Part shown: positions 37,090-49,958 of the stretch, piece after piece
How positions within the stretch are numbered: the stretch's first letter is position 1
Layout of the letters: every line of letters begins with the position of its first letter
Source of the DNA: Octopus sinensis
Lineage: Eukaryota
Length of the DNA stretch: 64,000 nt
Direction: 5' to 3'
NCBI RefSeq assembly: GCF_006345805.1
Contig: NC_043010.1
Coordinates: forward strand, 54,064,001-54,128,000
Notes under the pieces: model-generated
Database searches by the model: none
What the model was told of the DNA's origin: nothing
Seen by the model: only the letters and a program-made list of their open reading frames with translations
Made by a program: the position numbers and the translations under genes

Positions 37090-38046
37090 ATATGTGTTGT
37101 GTGTTTATATATAAATACACATATCTATGTATCTGTCTATCTATTTATTTACCTACCTATATATATATTTATCTATATATAATGCGCGTATATGTGCTCA
37201 TATATCGATGTATTCCCATATATATGTTGTTTTTTGTTAAGCTTTTCATTTTTGCGTATAAGACCATTTTGTTTGTTTAAGGAGTATTACGTTTCTAAAC
37301 CCATTTGCTTTTAGAAACCTTTTCACCTTCATCTTTCGAATAAAAGCATTTTAGTGGCATGTGTTGCCACGTTTTGTCATTGAGAACAAACGATCTTGGG
37401 AATAATGTCATGGATCAATTACTTGTTGGCAGATTTAAACCTGATAATCAATTAGCTCATATTTCCTAAATATTGATATTTTCACTTTTTTTCATTTAAC
37501 AATTATGTAATTAATATTTTGTAATCGTAAATATTCCAAGCGAGTTGAAGATCTGGGGATGTTGAAATATCAATGAGATTTTTCGTTTACTACACATCCA
37601 AATATATTTAGCCCTTCAGATTTATTAAGAGACGATGCATGCAGTTAATAAGGCATTGAATAATCCTATATTGTTCTCTTGCATAAAACTCATAGTTTTC
37701 TTATACATATACGCAAAAGCATTCATCTAATGTTAAGTGATATGACGTAGTTATTACAAATCGTTGAATGTATAACCATGCCTGTAGCGAGTTTGATCTA
37801 TCCGTTCGTATTTATTTACTAGATAAAAGCTCCAGTACTATGTAGTAGTTATGTCATTGATGCGTAAATTGATTTACAATACCTGGTAACTGAGAACAGT
37901 ACGTAACCGTTTAACTGCTATACTGACAGGTTAAATGAAAGAAATATTTATGGGTTCATTCGAAACACCATGTTAGCGAGGACTGAAATATTTCGAGGCA
38001 GTGTTCTCGCATGGCCGACGCCTAATGATGGAAACTAGTAAAAATA

Positions 38047-38277
38047 TGTTTCTCTATTACCCACAAAGGGCTAAACATAGAGGGGACAAACGAGGACAGA
38101 GAAACGAATTAAGTCGATTAAACCGACCCCAGGGCGTAACTGGTACTTAATTTATCGACCCCGAAAGGATGAAAGGCAAAGTCGACCTCGGCGGAATTTG
38201 AACTCAGAACGTAACGGCAGACGATATACGGCTACGTATTTCGCCCGGCGTGCTAACGGTTCTGCCAATTCGCCGTC
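38047..38277 (-). mobile_element. SINE family B, long-tail variant, 12-bp TSD
   Basis: CTAGTAAAAATA at 38035-38046 and 38278-38289; inserted into an older SINE A tail. Confidence 0.9.
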
Positions 38278-38364
38278 CTAGTAAAAATAAAAAAAAGATG
38301 TAATATATCTCTTCGAAAGCATGGGTTCGAATCACTCCGCTGTCATGAGGAATATTTTATCAGG

Positions 38365-38772
38365 TGCAGACATGGCTGTATGGTAAGAACCTTGTGTTCG
38401 AAATGACATGATTCCTAGATCACTCCTTCTGAAGTGTCACCTCGGGCAAGCGCTTTCTACTATAACCTCGATCCGACCAATTGCTTGTGAGTGGATTTGG
38501 TGGTCGAAAACTAAAACAATCACATCATATACATAGAGACCGGTCGTGTATACATGGCTGTGGGTGTCGTTCAGTCTGTGTTTGCACTCCACCATCAATT
38601 GACGACAGGTATTGGCGTGTCAAGTCCTTGTAACTTAGCGACTCAGCAAAAGAGGCGATAAAATAGGTACTAAGCTTTTCTAAAATGTACTGGTGTCGAT
38701 TCATTGAACTAAAAATTCTTCAAGGCGTTGTCCCAACAAGGCCACACTTTAATGTAATGACTGAAACAAGAT
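38365..38772 (+). mobile_element. SINE family A, old and diverged
   Basis: ATGGCTGTATGGTAAG head, GTGAGTGGATTTGGT, GTAACTTAGCG, TGACTGAAACAAG tail. Confidence 0.75.
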
Positions 38773-38819
38773 ACGGAATAATATATATTTATGTGTGTGT
38801 ATGCATAGATATGTATGCG

Positions 38820-38858
<39 letters not shown>

Positions 38859-38966
38859 CTATATATGTATAAATATATATACATGTATGTATATATGTGT
38901 GTGTGTATACGTATGTGTGTATATCTGTGTGTGTTCGTCTGTCTATCTAATCTATATAAGGAAAGA

Positions 38967-39020
<54 letters not shown>

Positions 39021-39157
39021 GGTTGCCACGTCAGATTGCTACTTAAATGAATCGATGAATTTTACATCATATACATTCAGAATTCCTTGTCATTATGACA
39101 TTACAATCGTGCGTATATCTACATATACATGCATGTATATATATCAGAAATCTATCA

Positions 39158-39390
39158 TGATGCAGTGTGGAATCATTCAAATTGCAACTGGATAGATACT
39201 TAAGCACCATTAGAGATGAACCCCATCTCCCAGGATATACACAACGAGCACAAACTGACTCAAACTCGCTCCTGCACATGTCAAATTTAAGCAGAGAATA
39301 CAACCTGGCAACCACACCAGACTCTGAGGGTGGAGTCTTCGACTTGGCCTGAGCATGGACTCAAACCCAAATGAAATGAAATGAAATGAA

Positions 39391-39391
<1 letters not shown>
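39158..39391 (+). mobile_element. CR1/L2-group LINE 3' fragment with (AAATG)n tail
   Basis: ESFKLQLDRYLSTIRDEPHLPGYTQRAQTDSNSL, typical of the CR1-group RT C-terminus. Confidence 0.8.
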
Positions 39392-39429
<38 letters not shown>

Positions 39430-39821
39430 TGTGTGTGTGTGCGTGTGTGTGTGTGTTTGTGTGTGTGTAGATAGATAGGGAGATAGATAGATAGATAGAT
39501 TCATGCATACATACATATATACATACATGCATACACACATATTGAAATGTAGCTGGAAATTTCCTGCAGATTAAAAACCTCTCATATATATTTCATATTT
39601 TATATCAGTAATTAGCTCTTCCCATGTATATTGTAATTCTTTTGGTTTATGGTGCATTGAAAAATAATTCTCAATTTTATAAATATTTTGGAGGTATAAT
39701 GCTGAAAATATCTCTCACAGACTAATTATCTTGTCTCCTGTAGAGTATGTATATCTTTCCATCCATCCATCCATCCCTCCATCCATCCATCTATCTATCT
39801 ATCTATCAATCTATCAATCAT

Positions 39822-39874
<53 letters not shown>

Positions 39875-39889
39875 ATCTATCTCTATCTA

Positions 39890-39940
<51 letters not shown>

Positions 39941-40154
39941 CCATTTTCATCGTGATTGTGGCTATGGCGAAAGAATATGCATGGTGGACGCGTCTGAAAG
40001 GTCTAGAGACAAACACGTTCCTCTCTGGACAATCTCTCCTCAACGTCTTCAGGTATCACTTGAAAAGGAAGATGAAAGTACAGAGGGAAGTTTTGTCTAG
40101 TGAATGTTTCGAAAAAGATGGGTGCATGCAGCAAGGATGACACGTGTGAATGAC

Positions 40155-40259
40155 GAAGTGACATGATTCCGGGTTCAGTCGCACTGCGTGGCAATTTGGG
40201 CGTCTTCAACTCTTCCCTCAAGCAGACTAAAGCGGAAGAGGGAAACAGGACGAAGCTCA

Positions 40260-40323
<64 letters not shown>

Positions 40324-40580
40324 GTGTGTGTAAGTGTGTGTGTGTATTTATGTGTGCGTCTTTGCGTCGGTACCTGCTTCTACAATCGCTTGGGAACCGA
40401 TGTTAGTGTGTTTACGTTCCCGTGACTTATTAGCAGATCTGCAAGAGATCGATAAAAATAAGTGCTACAGCTTACAAAGCATAAGACCTACAGTCAATTA
40501 TTTCTAGTAAAAGACCCATCAAGGCGGTGCTCCAATATGGCCGTGGTCAGATGAGTGAAACTATTAAAAGAATAAAAGAA
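40155..40580 (+). mobile_element. SINE family A, old and diverged
   Basis: CATGATTCCGGGTTCAGTCGCACTGCGTGGCA head and AAGGCGGTGCTCCAATATGGCCG tail. Confidence 0.7.
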
Positions 40581-41470
40581 AACGTAACCTAACCCATAAT
40601 TTAATCAATAAAAATTTCTGCAAAACCCATCTCCAAAATTACACTGCATAAAACTATACCACTCTACTCAAACCCACAAATACAAGGAATATTTTAGTTG
40701 AAAAGAGACTATATAAAGCATCGGAGCCCGACGTTAGATTAACTGGCTTATACTTCGAAGTTACTGTCAATAATATTATTCGTTGAAGATGATAGGTGTG
40801 TTTGTGTATGTATGTGTGTGTATGTGTGTGTGTGTGAATGTGTATACGAAGGAAACAATGTTAAACTAACCACTATTCAAACTTGGAGTAAGACAGAGAT
40901 ATTGATTAAAAAAAATACAGTGCAACAATATAATGTAATGACATCTTGATTCGAGAATAGTTTACAGCAGGTGAGGTCTAGAGTGACATACAGACACACA
41001 GAGAAACACACAGACACACACACACACACACACACACACTTCACACGTACACACAAACAAGCACACAAATATATAGACAGACGGACAAGACATACGCAAA
41101 CAGCCGTCGTATCAAGAAAGCCACATACGCGCACGTACACACACAAACAATTAGAACTCGTTATTTATTATTAATCGTAATTACGCTGTCTTTTGTAACT
41201 ATTGATTAAAATCCAGTCGAGGGAATAGAATGTTACAAATTTAGTAGAACAGACCACTTTAAGTGGGTATGTTATTTTTATAGAGATTCGTAGACCGTTT
41301 AGTCGCGAATACGTTTCTCCGATGATATTACAAGAGTGACATACCCATGGCATATTAAATAAGTAATGGTGCTCTGATGTTGCTCAGATTGGTATTTTTT
41401 CTACAGAAAACCAAGAACAAAAACGGTAACATGGCCGGAAAAAAACTATCACTAATAAGTCTTTTCATAT

Positions 41471-41857
41471 GGAATGGAAGCACTCCGTCGGTTACGACGA
41501 TGAGGGTTCCGATTGATCCGATCAACGGAACAGCCTGCACGTGAAATTAACGTGTAAGTGGCTGAGCATTCCACAGACACGTGTACCCTTAACGTAGTTC
41601 TCGGGGATATTCAGCGTGACACAGAGAGTGACAAGGCCGGCCCTTTGAAATACAGGTACAACAGAAACAGGAAGTAAGAGTGAGAGAAAGTTGTGGTGAA
41701 AGAGTACAGCAGGGATCACCACCATCCCTGCCGGAGCCTCGTGGAGCTTTAGGTGTTTTCGCTCAATAAACACTCACAACGCCCGGTCTGGGAATCGAAA
41801 TCGCGATCCTACGACCGTGAGACCGCTGCCCTAACCACAGGGCGAATGTGCCGCCAC
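41471..41857 (-). mobile_element. SINE family C, full length
   Basis: homology to 14680-15026; GGAACAGCCTGCACGTGAAATTAACGTG..CCACAGACACGTGTACCC on plus. Confidence 0.9.
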
Positions 41858-41884
41858 CTTTTCATAATAATAATGATAATAACA

Positions 41885-42095
41885 CTTTCTACTATAGGCA
41901 CAAGTCCTGAAATTTTGGGAAAGGATTCAAGTCAATTGCATTGACCCAAGTACTTAAATGGTACGTACTTTATCGACCTCGACAGGATGAAAGACGAAGT
42001 CGGTCTCGGCGGAATTTGATCTCAGAGCGTAGCGGCACACGAAATACCGCTAAGAGTTTCGCATGGTGTGCTAAAGATTCAGCCATTTCGCCGCC
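41885..42095 (-). mobile_element. SINE family B, short-tail variant
   Basis: reverse homology to 3-210; flanked by CATAATAATAAT on both sides. Confidence 0.8.
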
Positions 42096-42168
<73 letters not shown>

Positions 42169-42187
42169 TGATGATGATGATGCTAAT

Positions 42188-42525
42188 AAGACACTTGGGC
42201 AAGTGTCTTCTACTATAGCCTCGGGCCGACCAAAGCGTTGTGAGTGGATTTGGTAGACGGAAACTGTAAGAAGCCCGTCGTATATATATATATATGAATA
42301 TATATATGTGTGTCTGTGTTTGTCCCCCGAACATCGCTTGACAACCGATGCAGGTGTGTTTACGTCCCCGTAACCTCGTGGTGCGGCAAAAGAGACCCAT
42401 AGAATACGTACTAGGCTAACAAAGAATAAGTGCTGGGGGTCAATTTGTGCGACTAAAGGCGGTACTCCAGCATGGCTCCATTCAAATGACTGAAACAAGT
42501 AGAAGAATAAAAGAATAAAAGAGTG
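42188..42525 (+). mobile_element. SINE family A, 5'-truncated
   Basis: starts at CTTGGGCAAGTGTCTTCTACTATAGCC after an (AAT)n tract; canonical tail. Confidence 0.85.
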
Positions 42526-43204
42526 TACCTCTAGGAAATAGAACTAGGCGAAGTAGTACCCGAAGAAAATGTGTTTCTAATAGATAATGTAAAACGATAT
42601 TGAAACCAGGAATAAACAGACTAGCCTCTAATACATTTAGGAGAAATTGAGCAAAAACCACTACATGACACGTTGGTTAAGTCTTTTGTAGCCATTGATA
42701 TTACTTTTCTACTTCCTTTGGCCGCATAATTTTGCAGTTCCCTTAATCACGTTACACTCGCTAAACATATGTATGTCTTTGGATTGCCATGAAACATAAC
42801 GCTATACAACGTATACATTGTAAACTTAGAAGTAAAACAATTCTACTCGACCTCTAACACTATCAAGTAACTCTCTCCCAAGGTTTAGTTATTATCTTGC
42901 TTTCAAGGGCTAAACGTATGTATTTTCAATCTCGAATTGAATTCTGTATGTATCACTTACATTGCTAATGTGTTGCGTAACAAAATCAAGCTTCTGCTGA
43001 ACAAAGAATTTCCTTTTCGGTTTGTTAGAAAAAGAATATTAAAGCAAATAATATTGTTGTCATACGTTATCTCATAACTAACGACTTCGATATATATATA
43101 TATATATACACACACACATTTTTTTAGATTTACTTGTATCAGATATAGTTAGGTATGCATACTGAAATACATGAACCCTCTCATTGCATGTGTTGTAAAG
43201 TATT

Positions 43205-43805
43205 GTTTATTTTTTATTTCATTAGTTTCAGCACACGAGCTCTGGCCATGCTGGGGCACCGCCATTTGTTGTTGCTATATAATTTTACTTCACGAATGCT
43301 TTTTAGCAATTGACTTTTGGTGCATGAGAGATTTTGATGCAGCTGCCCTCATCGGCACCTGCTGTGAAGTTGGTTCATCTGGACACCTGACAGGAAGACG
43401 TCTAGCTTTATTTTGAAGACACCTACATCTACCCCATGCAGGTCTCTCAGGTCCTTCGGGAGGAAATTAAAGAGCTGTGGACCTCTGAATCCCAGCCTAT
43501 TGCAGTATCTTGTCCTACATTTTGATATTAAATTTGGAGTCCTTGGCACTATGCAATGGCACCCAGTTCTAGTATTTGTGTAACTCTCAATGCCAAAGTT
43601 TGGGACAAGTCCTACCAGGATCTTCCAGATGTATATTATGGCATATCTTTCTCGCTTACGCTCTAAGGAATAGAGTCTTAATCTCTTGAGTCTTTCCCAA
43701 TAGCTTATATGCTGCATAGAGGCTATCTTCTTCGTGTAGCTTCGTTGGATTGCCTCAAGTTCTGAGATTAATTTGACTCTGGTTAGTGGCCATAGCTGAG
43801 AGCTA
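43205..43805 (-). mobile_element. CR1-group LINE 3' fragment (RT C-terminus plus 3' UTR)
   Basis: QLWPLTRVKLISELEAIQRSYTKKI..SYWERLKRLRLYSLERKRERYAIIYIWKIL..GPQLFNFLPKDLR..FKIKLDVFL; 3' end GGCGGTGCCCCAGCATGGCC..GCTGAAAC. Confidence 0.92.
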
Positions 43806-44132
43806 TGATAAAAAAATCAGACAACCAGTTACGCCTTTGATTTTAAGGCTCGCCTACGTAATACACAAGGCATTTTTAGTATAGGCATTATGCTAAAATA
43901 TCTGCATTTCAGCAAATGATTCATGCTGCATCGAGCACACAATTCTTGACTTTACATCTCAATGCACATGGAAAACTAAATGGATCATTATTTCACATAT
44001 GTAGCACAATCTTTACACGTAAGTTCTAAGGCAGATTTATTTCGTTTAATACATCGATTATTAAATACATGTTTATACGTAAGCAATTTTGTACCTAGGC
44101 AGAATCACTTTTATATACGCAAACTTGGCATA

Positions 44133-44340
44133 TTCGAGGGGGCACTGAAAAGTTCCCAATTTTGGTTAAAAAAATATATAGGAAGTTCAGTTAATTCCCA
44201 TTATAATATTCCCCATTAAAATTCATACACTTATAGTCAATCAATTTTCCTAACCCTCTTAAAGAACTCAGAGTATTGAGCCTCCAGCCAGGCCTTCCGC
44301 AATATCCTTAAAACCAGGAACATTTCAGCAGTCTGTTGTA
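44133..44340 (-). mobile_element. mariner-derived MITE
   Basis: TTCGAGGGGGCACTGAAAAGTTCC left end / AACCAGGAACATTTCAGC right end; homologous to 33031-33248. Confidence 0.75.
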
Positions 44341-46289
44341 TGCAAGCCCTCTACTGTGGTGCTGAAATATCATTACTTCATGTTCGAGATAAGCTTTTCT
44401 CATATGCTGTAATATTTGGATTTCGAAACTGTATTGGGATCTTAATAGTTACGCAACAATTTCGTATTAATTTATGTATATATTGGTGTATTTGATTAGC
44501 ACACTTATCGCGAAAAATCAGGCGGGGTATTGCCACTAATATGAAATAAGCTGTTGCGTAAGTAGTCAAATTGTTCTTGAAATGCAGAGACAGTAAGGGA
44601 CGACTGAGTGAATAATGATATTAACACACTTTCACTTAGCTGATGTCCATCCTCTTCATTGCGGTACAATCCGTTTGTTTTGTGTATTGCATTCGCCAGT
44701 AATATTTTGGAAACGACGTGTATTAAGTCATATTGAATTAGCTTAGGTGAAAACTGTTCTGGAGAAGCGAGTATTTCGACAAAAAATATTTCTGTTACAC
44801 TTCAAATCTGACAGCCGAATCGAAAAGGCTTATCTGCCTGAACAGAAATACACTAGCCCGACTTAAACCGGACAAACACGAACAAACGGGTGTCACAAAC
44901 TAACGCTCTTACTATATTTTATTGACAGCATCTAAAACTATGCTTCCGTTATCTTATAGTAATCTTTTACTAACTTCGTTTAATTGTCAAACTCAAAGAT
45001 ATTTACGTTTTGAGAGTTTCGAAATTCTTTTTGTTGTTTCACAAAAGTAAAGACATTATTCTTCTCAATAAATAATGTAAAGTTGAAATATCTTGCAGAA
45101 CTGCCGCAAAACTTAGAAATTATCACCTTAATTCGATAAATTTCATACTTGGTGAAATCGCAAATTACTAAGCTATACATTTAAAGCAGCCGTGACATTT
45201 TCCGTTCTTAGAATAAATTATATAGTGCAATGATATTTTGGGGTCATTATTACACTCTGCCCGCAAGAAGAGACATACGCAAACAATCGTTTATCTAGTT
45301 GAATTAGATGAAATAGACTTTAGTGATACCAGAGTGTCAGAACATCGTTCACATTTGCTATTTTTGAAATTGCACGCATTATACGTTTCCTACAGCACAA
45401 TCAGATTACTTGTGATGACTGTGCTTCAAAATGTTCTAAATCTCTTAGTAAAAACGATCGGTTTGAGCCCAGCTCATGGTTTGGATTATTTGATGTATTG
45501 CTGTCGCTAGGAAATTGAAATTGTGCACCAGTTACCCAATCGTAAAAGCCTGAAAGTATCTAGTATGTAGTCTTCCCTGGTGAAACTCTTTTATACACTC
45601 TCTTATACAGAAATACACCCTTTGGACATTCTCTTATATACTGAAATGAAAAAGAAAGTACAGCACACATGGACACACATACACACAAGTATATAATATA
45701 TAATTTGATGAATGTTTGTGAAAGTAATCCGAAATATCCAGTCTTCAGTGTTGCAATAACATTAATTACGTGGGTAAGTTGCTTCCTTATATTCTGGCTA
45801 TCACCATTTGACAGCTTAAAAACAATTCCTTATCTTTGTCACATGTTCATAGTAAATGGCATAGTAGCTGTGGATGATTAATGCTAGCCGAACTCTGGAA
45901 GATATCAATAGGTATGTCTGTGATACTTTTCCAATAGATTTTCCAAATGCAGCGTCTGCTGTCAACTTTCAGCATTCCGTATGGTTCTCGGGATGATCCC
46001 CATAGTGCGCAAGACTTGGCATTTGTAAGGAATCCTGTATAACCACTATACTTAAGAGATGTAATCATTGCGGTAGTAGATATATCTTACGACATTTCAT
46101 CTATTTCAGAAAGCTGCAGCAGTCGGAAAAGTAAGAACGAGTTTAGGCTCAGAAAACAGAATTTTCTCAGCTGTTCATACCAGTTCGAATATAATTACAG
46201 GGAGAAATTATGTTATGATTATGGAGACAGTCAGAATGATGTTGACGCCTCTGATGAGGACCCAATAAGGTTCGGATAATTGATATGGG

Positions 46290-46687
46290 GGAGGGTAATG
46301 GCTGTGTGGTAAGTAGCTTGCTTATGAACCACGTGGTTCCAGGTTTAGTCCCACTGCGTGGCACCTGGGGCAAGTGTCGTCTACTATAGCCTCAGGCCGA
46401 CCAACGCCTTGTGTGTGGATTTGGTAGACGGAAACGGATAGAAGCCCGTCGTATATATATATATGTATGTGTATATGTATATATGTGTGTGTGCTTGTGT
46501 TTGTCCCGCCAACATCTCTTGACAACCGATGCTGGTGAGTTTACGTCCCCGTAACTTAGCGGTTCGGCAAAAGAAACCGATAGAATAAGTACTAGGCTTA
46601 CAAAGAATAAGTCCTGGGGTCGATTTGCTCGACTAAAGGCAGTGCTCCAGCATGGCCATAGCCAAATAACTGAAACAAGTAAAAGAG
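46290..46687 (+). mobile_element. SINE family A, full length
   Basis: homology to 8584-8983. Confidence 0.9.
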
Positions 46688-49080
46688 TATAATATACACA
46701 AAAATGATTTGAAATACGCCCGCCCGCCCACCAGAATCGAGCGGATCATGAAGCGGGAAGATGGTGAATATAACCGATGTACTGAATAGAATAGTTAAAA
46801 ATGCTTAAGCTATTTGTTGTTTATTAAAGTTGATGAGTCCTCTAGTGATAATATACTTCATTGAAATATATTATAATCTGCGACAAAACTTGGAAATAAT
46901 CACCTTAATTTCTGAAGACAGTTATTATATTTTTCAAATCTGATGCGAATAATATCTTACTGAGAAATAGGGTATTATCTGTGAGGGATTTATTCCGTCT
47001 CACCGAACTTATAAAGTGGAAAAATTCTTTAAAACAGTGTAGAATATTAGAAATAATCTATAATCATGATTGACAATTGATTTTGTCGGATTAGAAACGG
47101 ACTGAAACGAAATAGTTGACAGAAGACAATAATTCTTTGTGGCCTCTTAACCTAACCACAACTTGTTTTGATTCAAAGACGAAATCCATAAAACAATGCA
47201 ACTTATATCCATCTATCTATAGACTTAGAATTGTTTTCCTGTGTTAAAGTAACTATCTGCATACATTTTCGTCGATCAAATTTAAGCATTTGGGAAACTT
47301 GCTTTCAAGTGGGCAACAACAAAAGGAAAAAGTTTCAAAAGAAAATTCTAATACATCATTTTAAAGTGAACTGGGGGAAATTTTAAACGGATTGGACAAC
47401 GAGGTGTTGACAGATTCTACGAAGATGTTGTGCGTTTAAGACATAACTTGGTTTGATTTTGCTAGGACGCAGTTGCAATTAATTGTATCAGACATAAACG
47501 TTTATATGGACCTGTCATGGGTAATACAAACATCGGTTCTATAACCATCATATAGAAGGTTTTACTAGGGATAATACAAAGTTTTGGTGATAAAGGTTCC
47601 CATTGTAAGTTGTTAATCTCCAACACCACGAAACCAATGTATGAAATAATAGTAATTGTATTTGATCCAGCAAGATTATTTAGTTATTATGGCCCTTATG
47701 AACACAGTGGAAATAAAACTGAGTTCATATTGGGTGATATCTATGACGCACATTATTGCACGATTGATTTTGCTATGTGAATGTGCACGGAGGCCATAAA
47801 CGTCGGAAATATTTCATGGATACCATGCAGCTTCACCGATATAAATTCACACTTAGGAAATTTCTTTCGAATTGATATGAACGTCAGCAGGCAAATATCT
47901 CAGAGAAACAAATATCCGACCGCTGATATGAAATGTGTGTATGTAGCTGGAAATAATCAATGCTAACACGTGTAGTTAAAAGGTGTGTGAGGATAGTAAA
48001 TACAATATTGTAAAAATAATGCATTGAAATATTAAATGGATGCTGTATAGGTAACACAAAAATCGCTTTCTTTTTTGGACTTCCCAGATTTACGAAATGT
48101 AAAAACCATAACAAACCATTGAATTTTTGAATCTGATGTAGAGAAACCACGCTATGTATCAGTACTTCAGATTGATGTTACACCGGTGTAGAGTTCTTTC
48201 TCATTCTTACAACAAGCTGCTCTACAATGTCTCCAGGAGACAGGAAATATTTCAAATAGAGCAGCTGAGTCCTGATAACATTCTAATATGTATACTTTAT
48301 TTGTTGTCCTTCTGCAACAAATCACTTTCTTGGGTTGATAAACGATGTTTATCCAAAAGAATGTATGACCTGTCTTCATCTAGCTTTTGTCTTTTACTTG
48401 AGTCAGTCAGTGGACTGCGACAATACTGGGATAGACCCGTGATGGCCTCCTGTACATTAACAATTTTTAGTCCGATAATTATTCTACAGTCTCTTTCACC
48501 GAACCACTCATTACGGAAAAATGAAAGAAACCAAGCACAGTTGCCTAGTGTTAGGGAGACAAATATAAATAGAATGACACACACACACATATGTACACAC
48601 AGACACACATACATACACACACATCCCCTACATGCAAAACACAAACACACATAATCACATATACGATTGGCTTCCACAGAGTTTCCCTTGAGAAAACTAA
48701 TTCATTCACGAAGCATTGGCCGGCCCGGAACGAGGAGAGAGAAGAAACTTGCTCAAGGTTAACATGTAGTATATCTGCAACAAGGGCGGAAACATTTGGA
48801 TCTAAATTCTTGTGTAGAAGAACCAAGTGGCTTCTTAGCAATTTTTGAAAATAACTGACTTAAATAGCAACTCTAGTAATAGTAGAGATATTAAAACCTA
48901 TATTACTCAACATGTATGAGTTTACATGGAGTTCGCCTAAAATAATACAACATGAACAAGGGACATAAACTGCAAATTTCCATATAGAACGACACTTATT
49001 TTACATGGTTTTTGTATTTGGTTTACAAGATACGATTCAGTGTGTAGAAACAAATCTGCAGTCCTGAGAGGGTTATTACA

Positions 49081-49170
49081 CTCTTTTACTCTTTTACTTG
49101 TTTCAGTCATTTGACTGCGGCCATGCTGGAGATGCTGGAGTACTTTTGCCGAACAGCTACGTTACAGGGA
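49081..49170 (-). mobile_element. SINE family A 3' tail fragment
   Basis: CTCTTTTACTCTTTTACTTGTTTCAGTCATTTGACTGCGGCCATGCTGGAG. Confidence 0.85.
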
Positions 49171-49517
49171 CGTAACATTAGTATATCGGCTGAGCAATAC
49201 AACTAGTCTCATTATACAAACAATCTGTTGCATTATCAAACAACTGTATTCTTGGAGAGCTACGTTGCGTCGAAACAATTGTAGGGAATAATAAAAAAAA
49301 ATGTCCAACTGTACTCCTTCGTATTCACTGCAACTTCTTCAATTTTACAGCCACGCACTACGAATGGCCAAATTTAAATTTGGAAGTATAGAACAACACT
49401 ACTGATAGTACTGGGCAATTCTGAAGGTGGATCAGCTTTATTCAGTACCCTACCACGTTCCTAAAAGAATATAAAATAGTTTTATATATATATATACATA
49501 GATAGAGAGATAGAGAG

Positions 49518-49585
<68 letters not shown>

Positions 49586-49588
<3 letters not shown>

Positions 49589-49835
49589 CAGTTTCAGCTG
49601 AAAGCTGTGGCCATGCTGGGGTACCGCCGTTTTGCTACACTGTTATTAGTGAGAGCCTCCTCTGATATGTGGTGAATAAGGGAGTTTGATGTGTGGTAAA
49701 TAAGGGAGTTTGATGTCACTGTCCTCATTTGCGCCTCCTGTCGCGAGACAGGTTCATGTAGGACTCTCGACAGAAAGAGATCCAGTTTTGATTTTAAAAC
49801 ACCTACATCCACTTTGTGTAGATTGCTCAGGCTCT
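49586..49835 (-). mobile_element. CR1-group LINE 3' fragment with (TCTA)n tail and an internal 22-bp duplication
   Basis: DVGVLKSKLDLFLSRVLHEPVSRQEAQMRTVTSNSL, homologous to the 43.3-kb copy; tail GGCGGTACCCCAGCATGGCCACAGCTTTCAGCTGAAAC. Confidence 0.85.
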
Positions 49836-49911
49836 TTCAATTAATCCTATCAGGTGGTGCTATTAAGTTAGACATGGCCTGGACCAAACTTTGGTCGAAA
49901 CATATCTAAGT

Positions 49912-49958
<47 letters not shown>

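Noticed and set aside
45847-46068. 73-aa minus-strand ORF in unique sequence
   Set aside because: No motif, and length within chance expectation
48154-48654. 166-aa plus-strand ORF as a gene
   Set aside because: Ends in a CA repeat, no recognisable domain; kept only as part of the low-confidence coding-like finding
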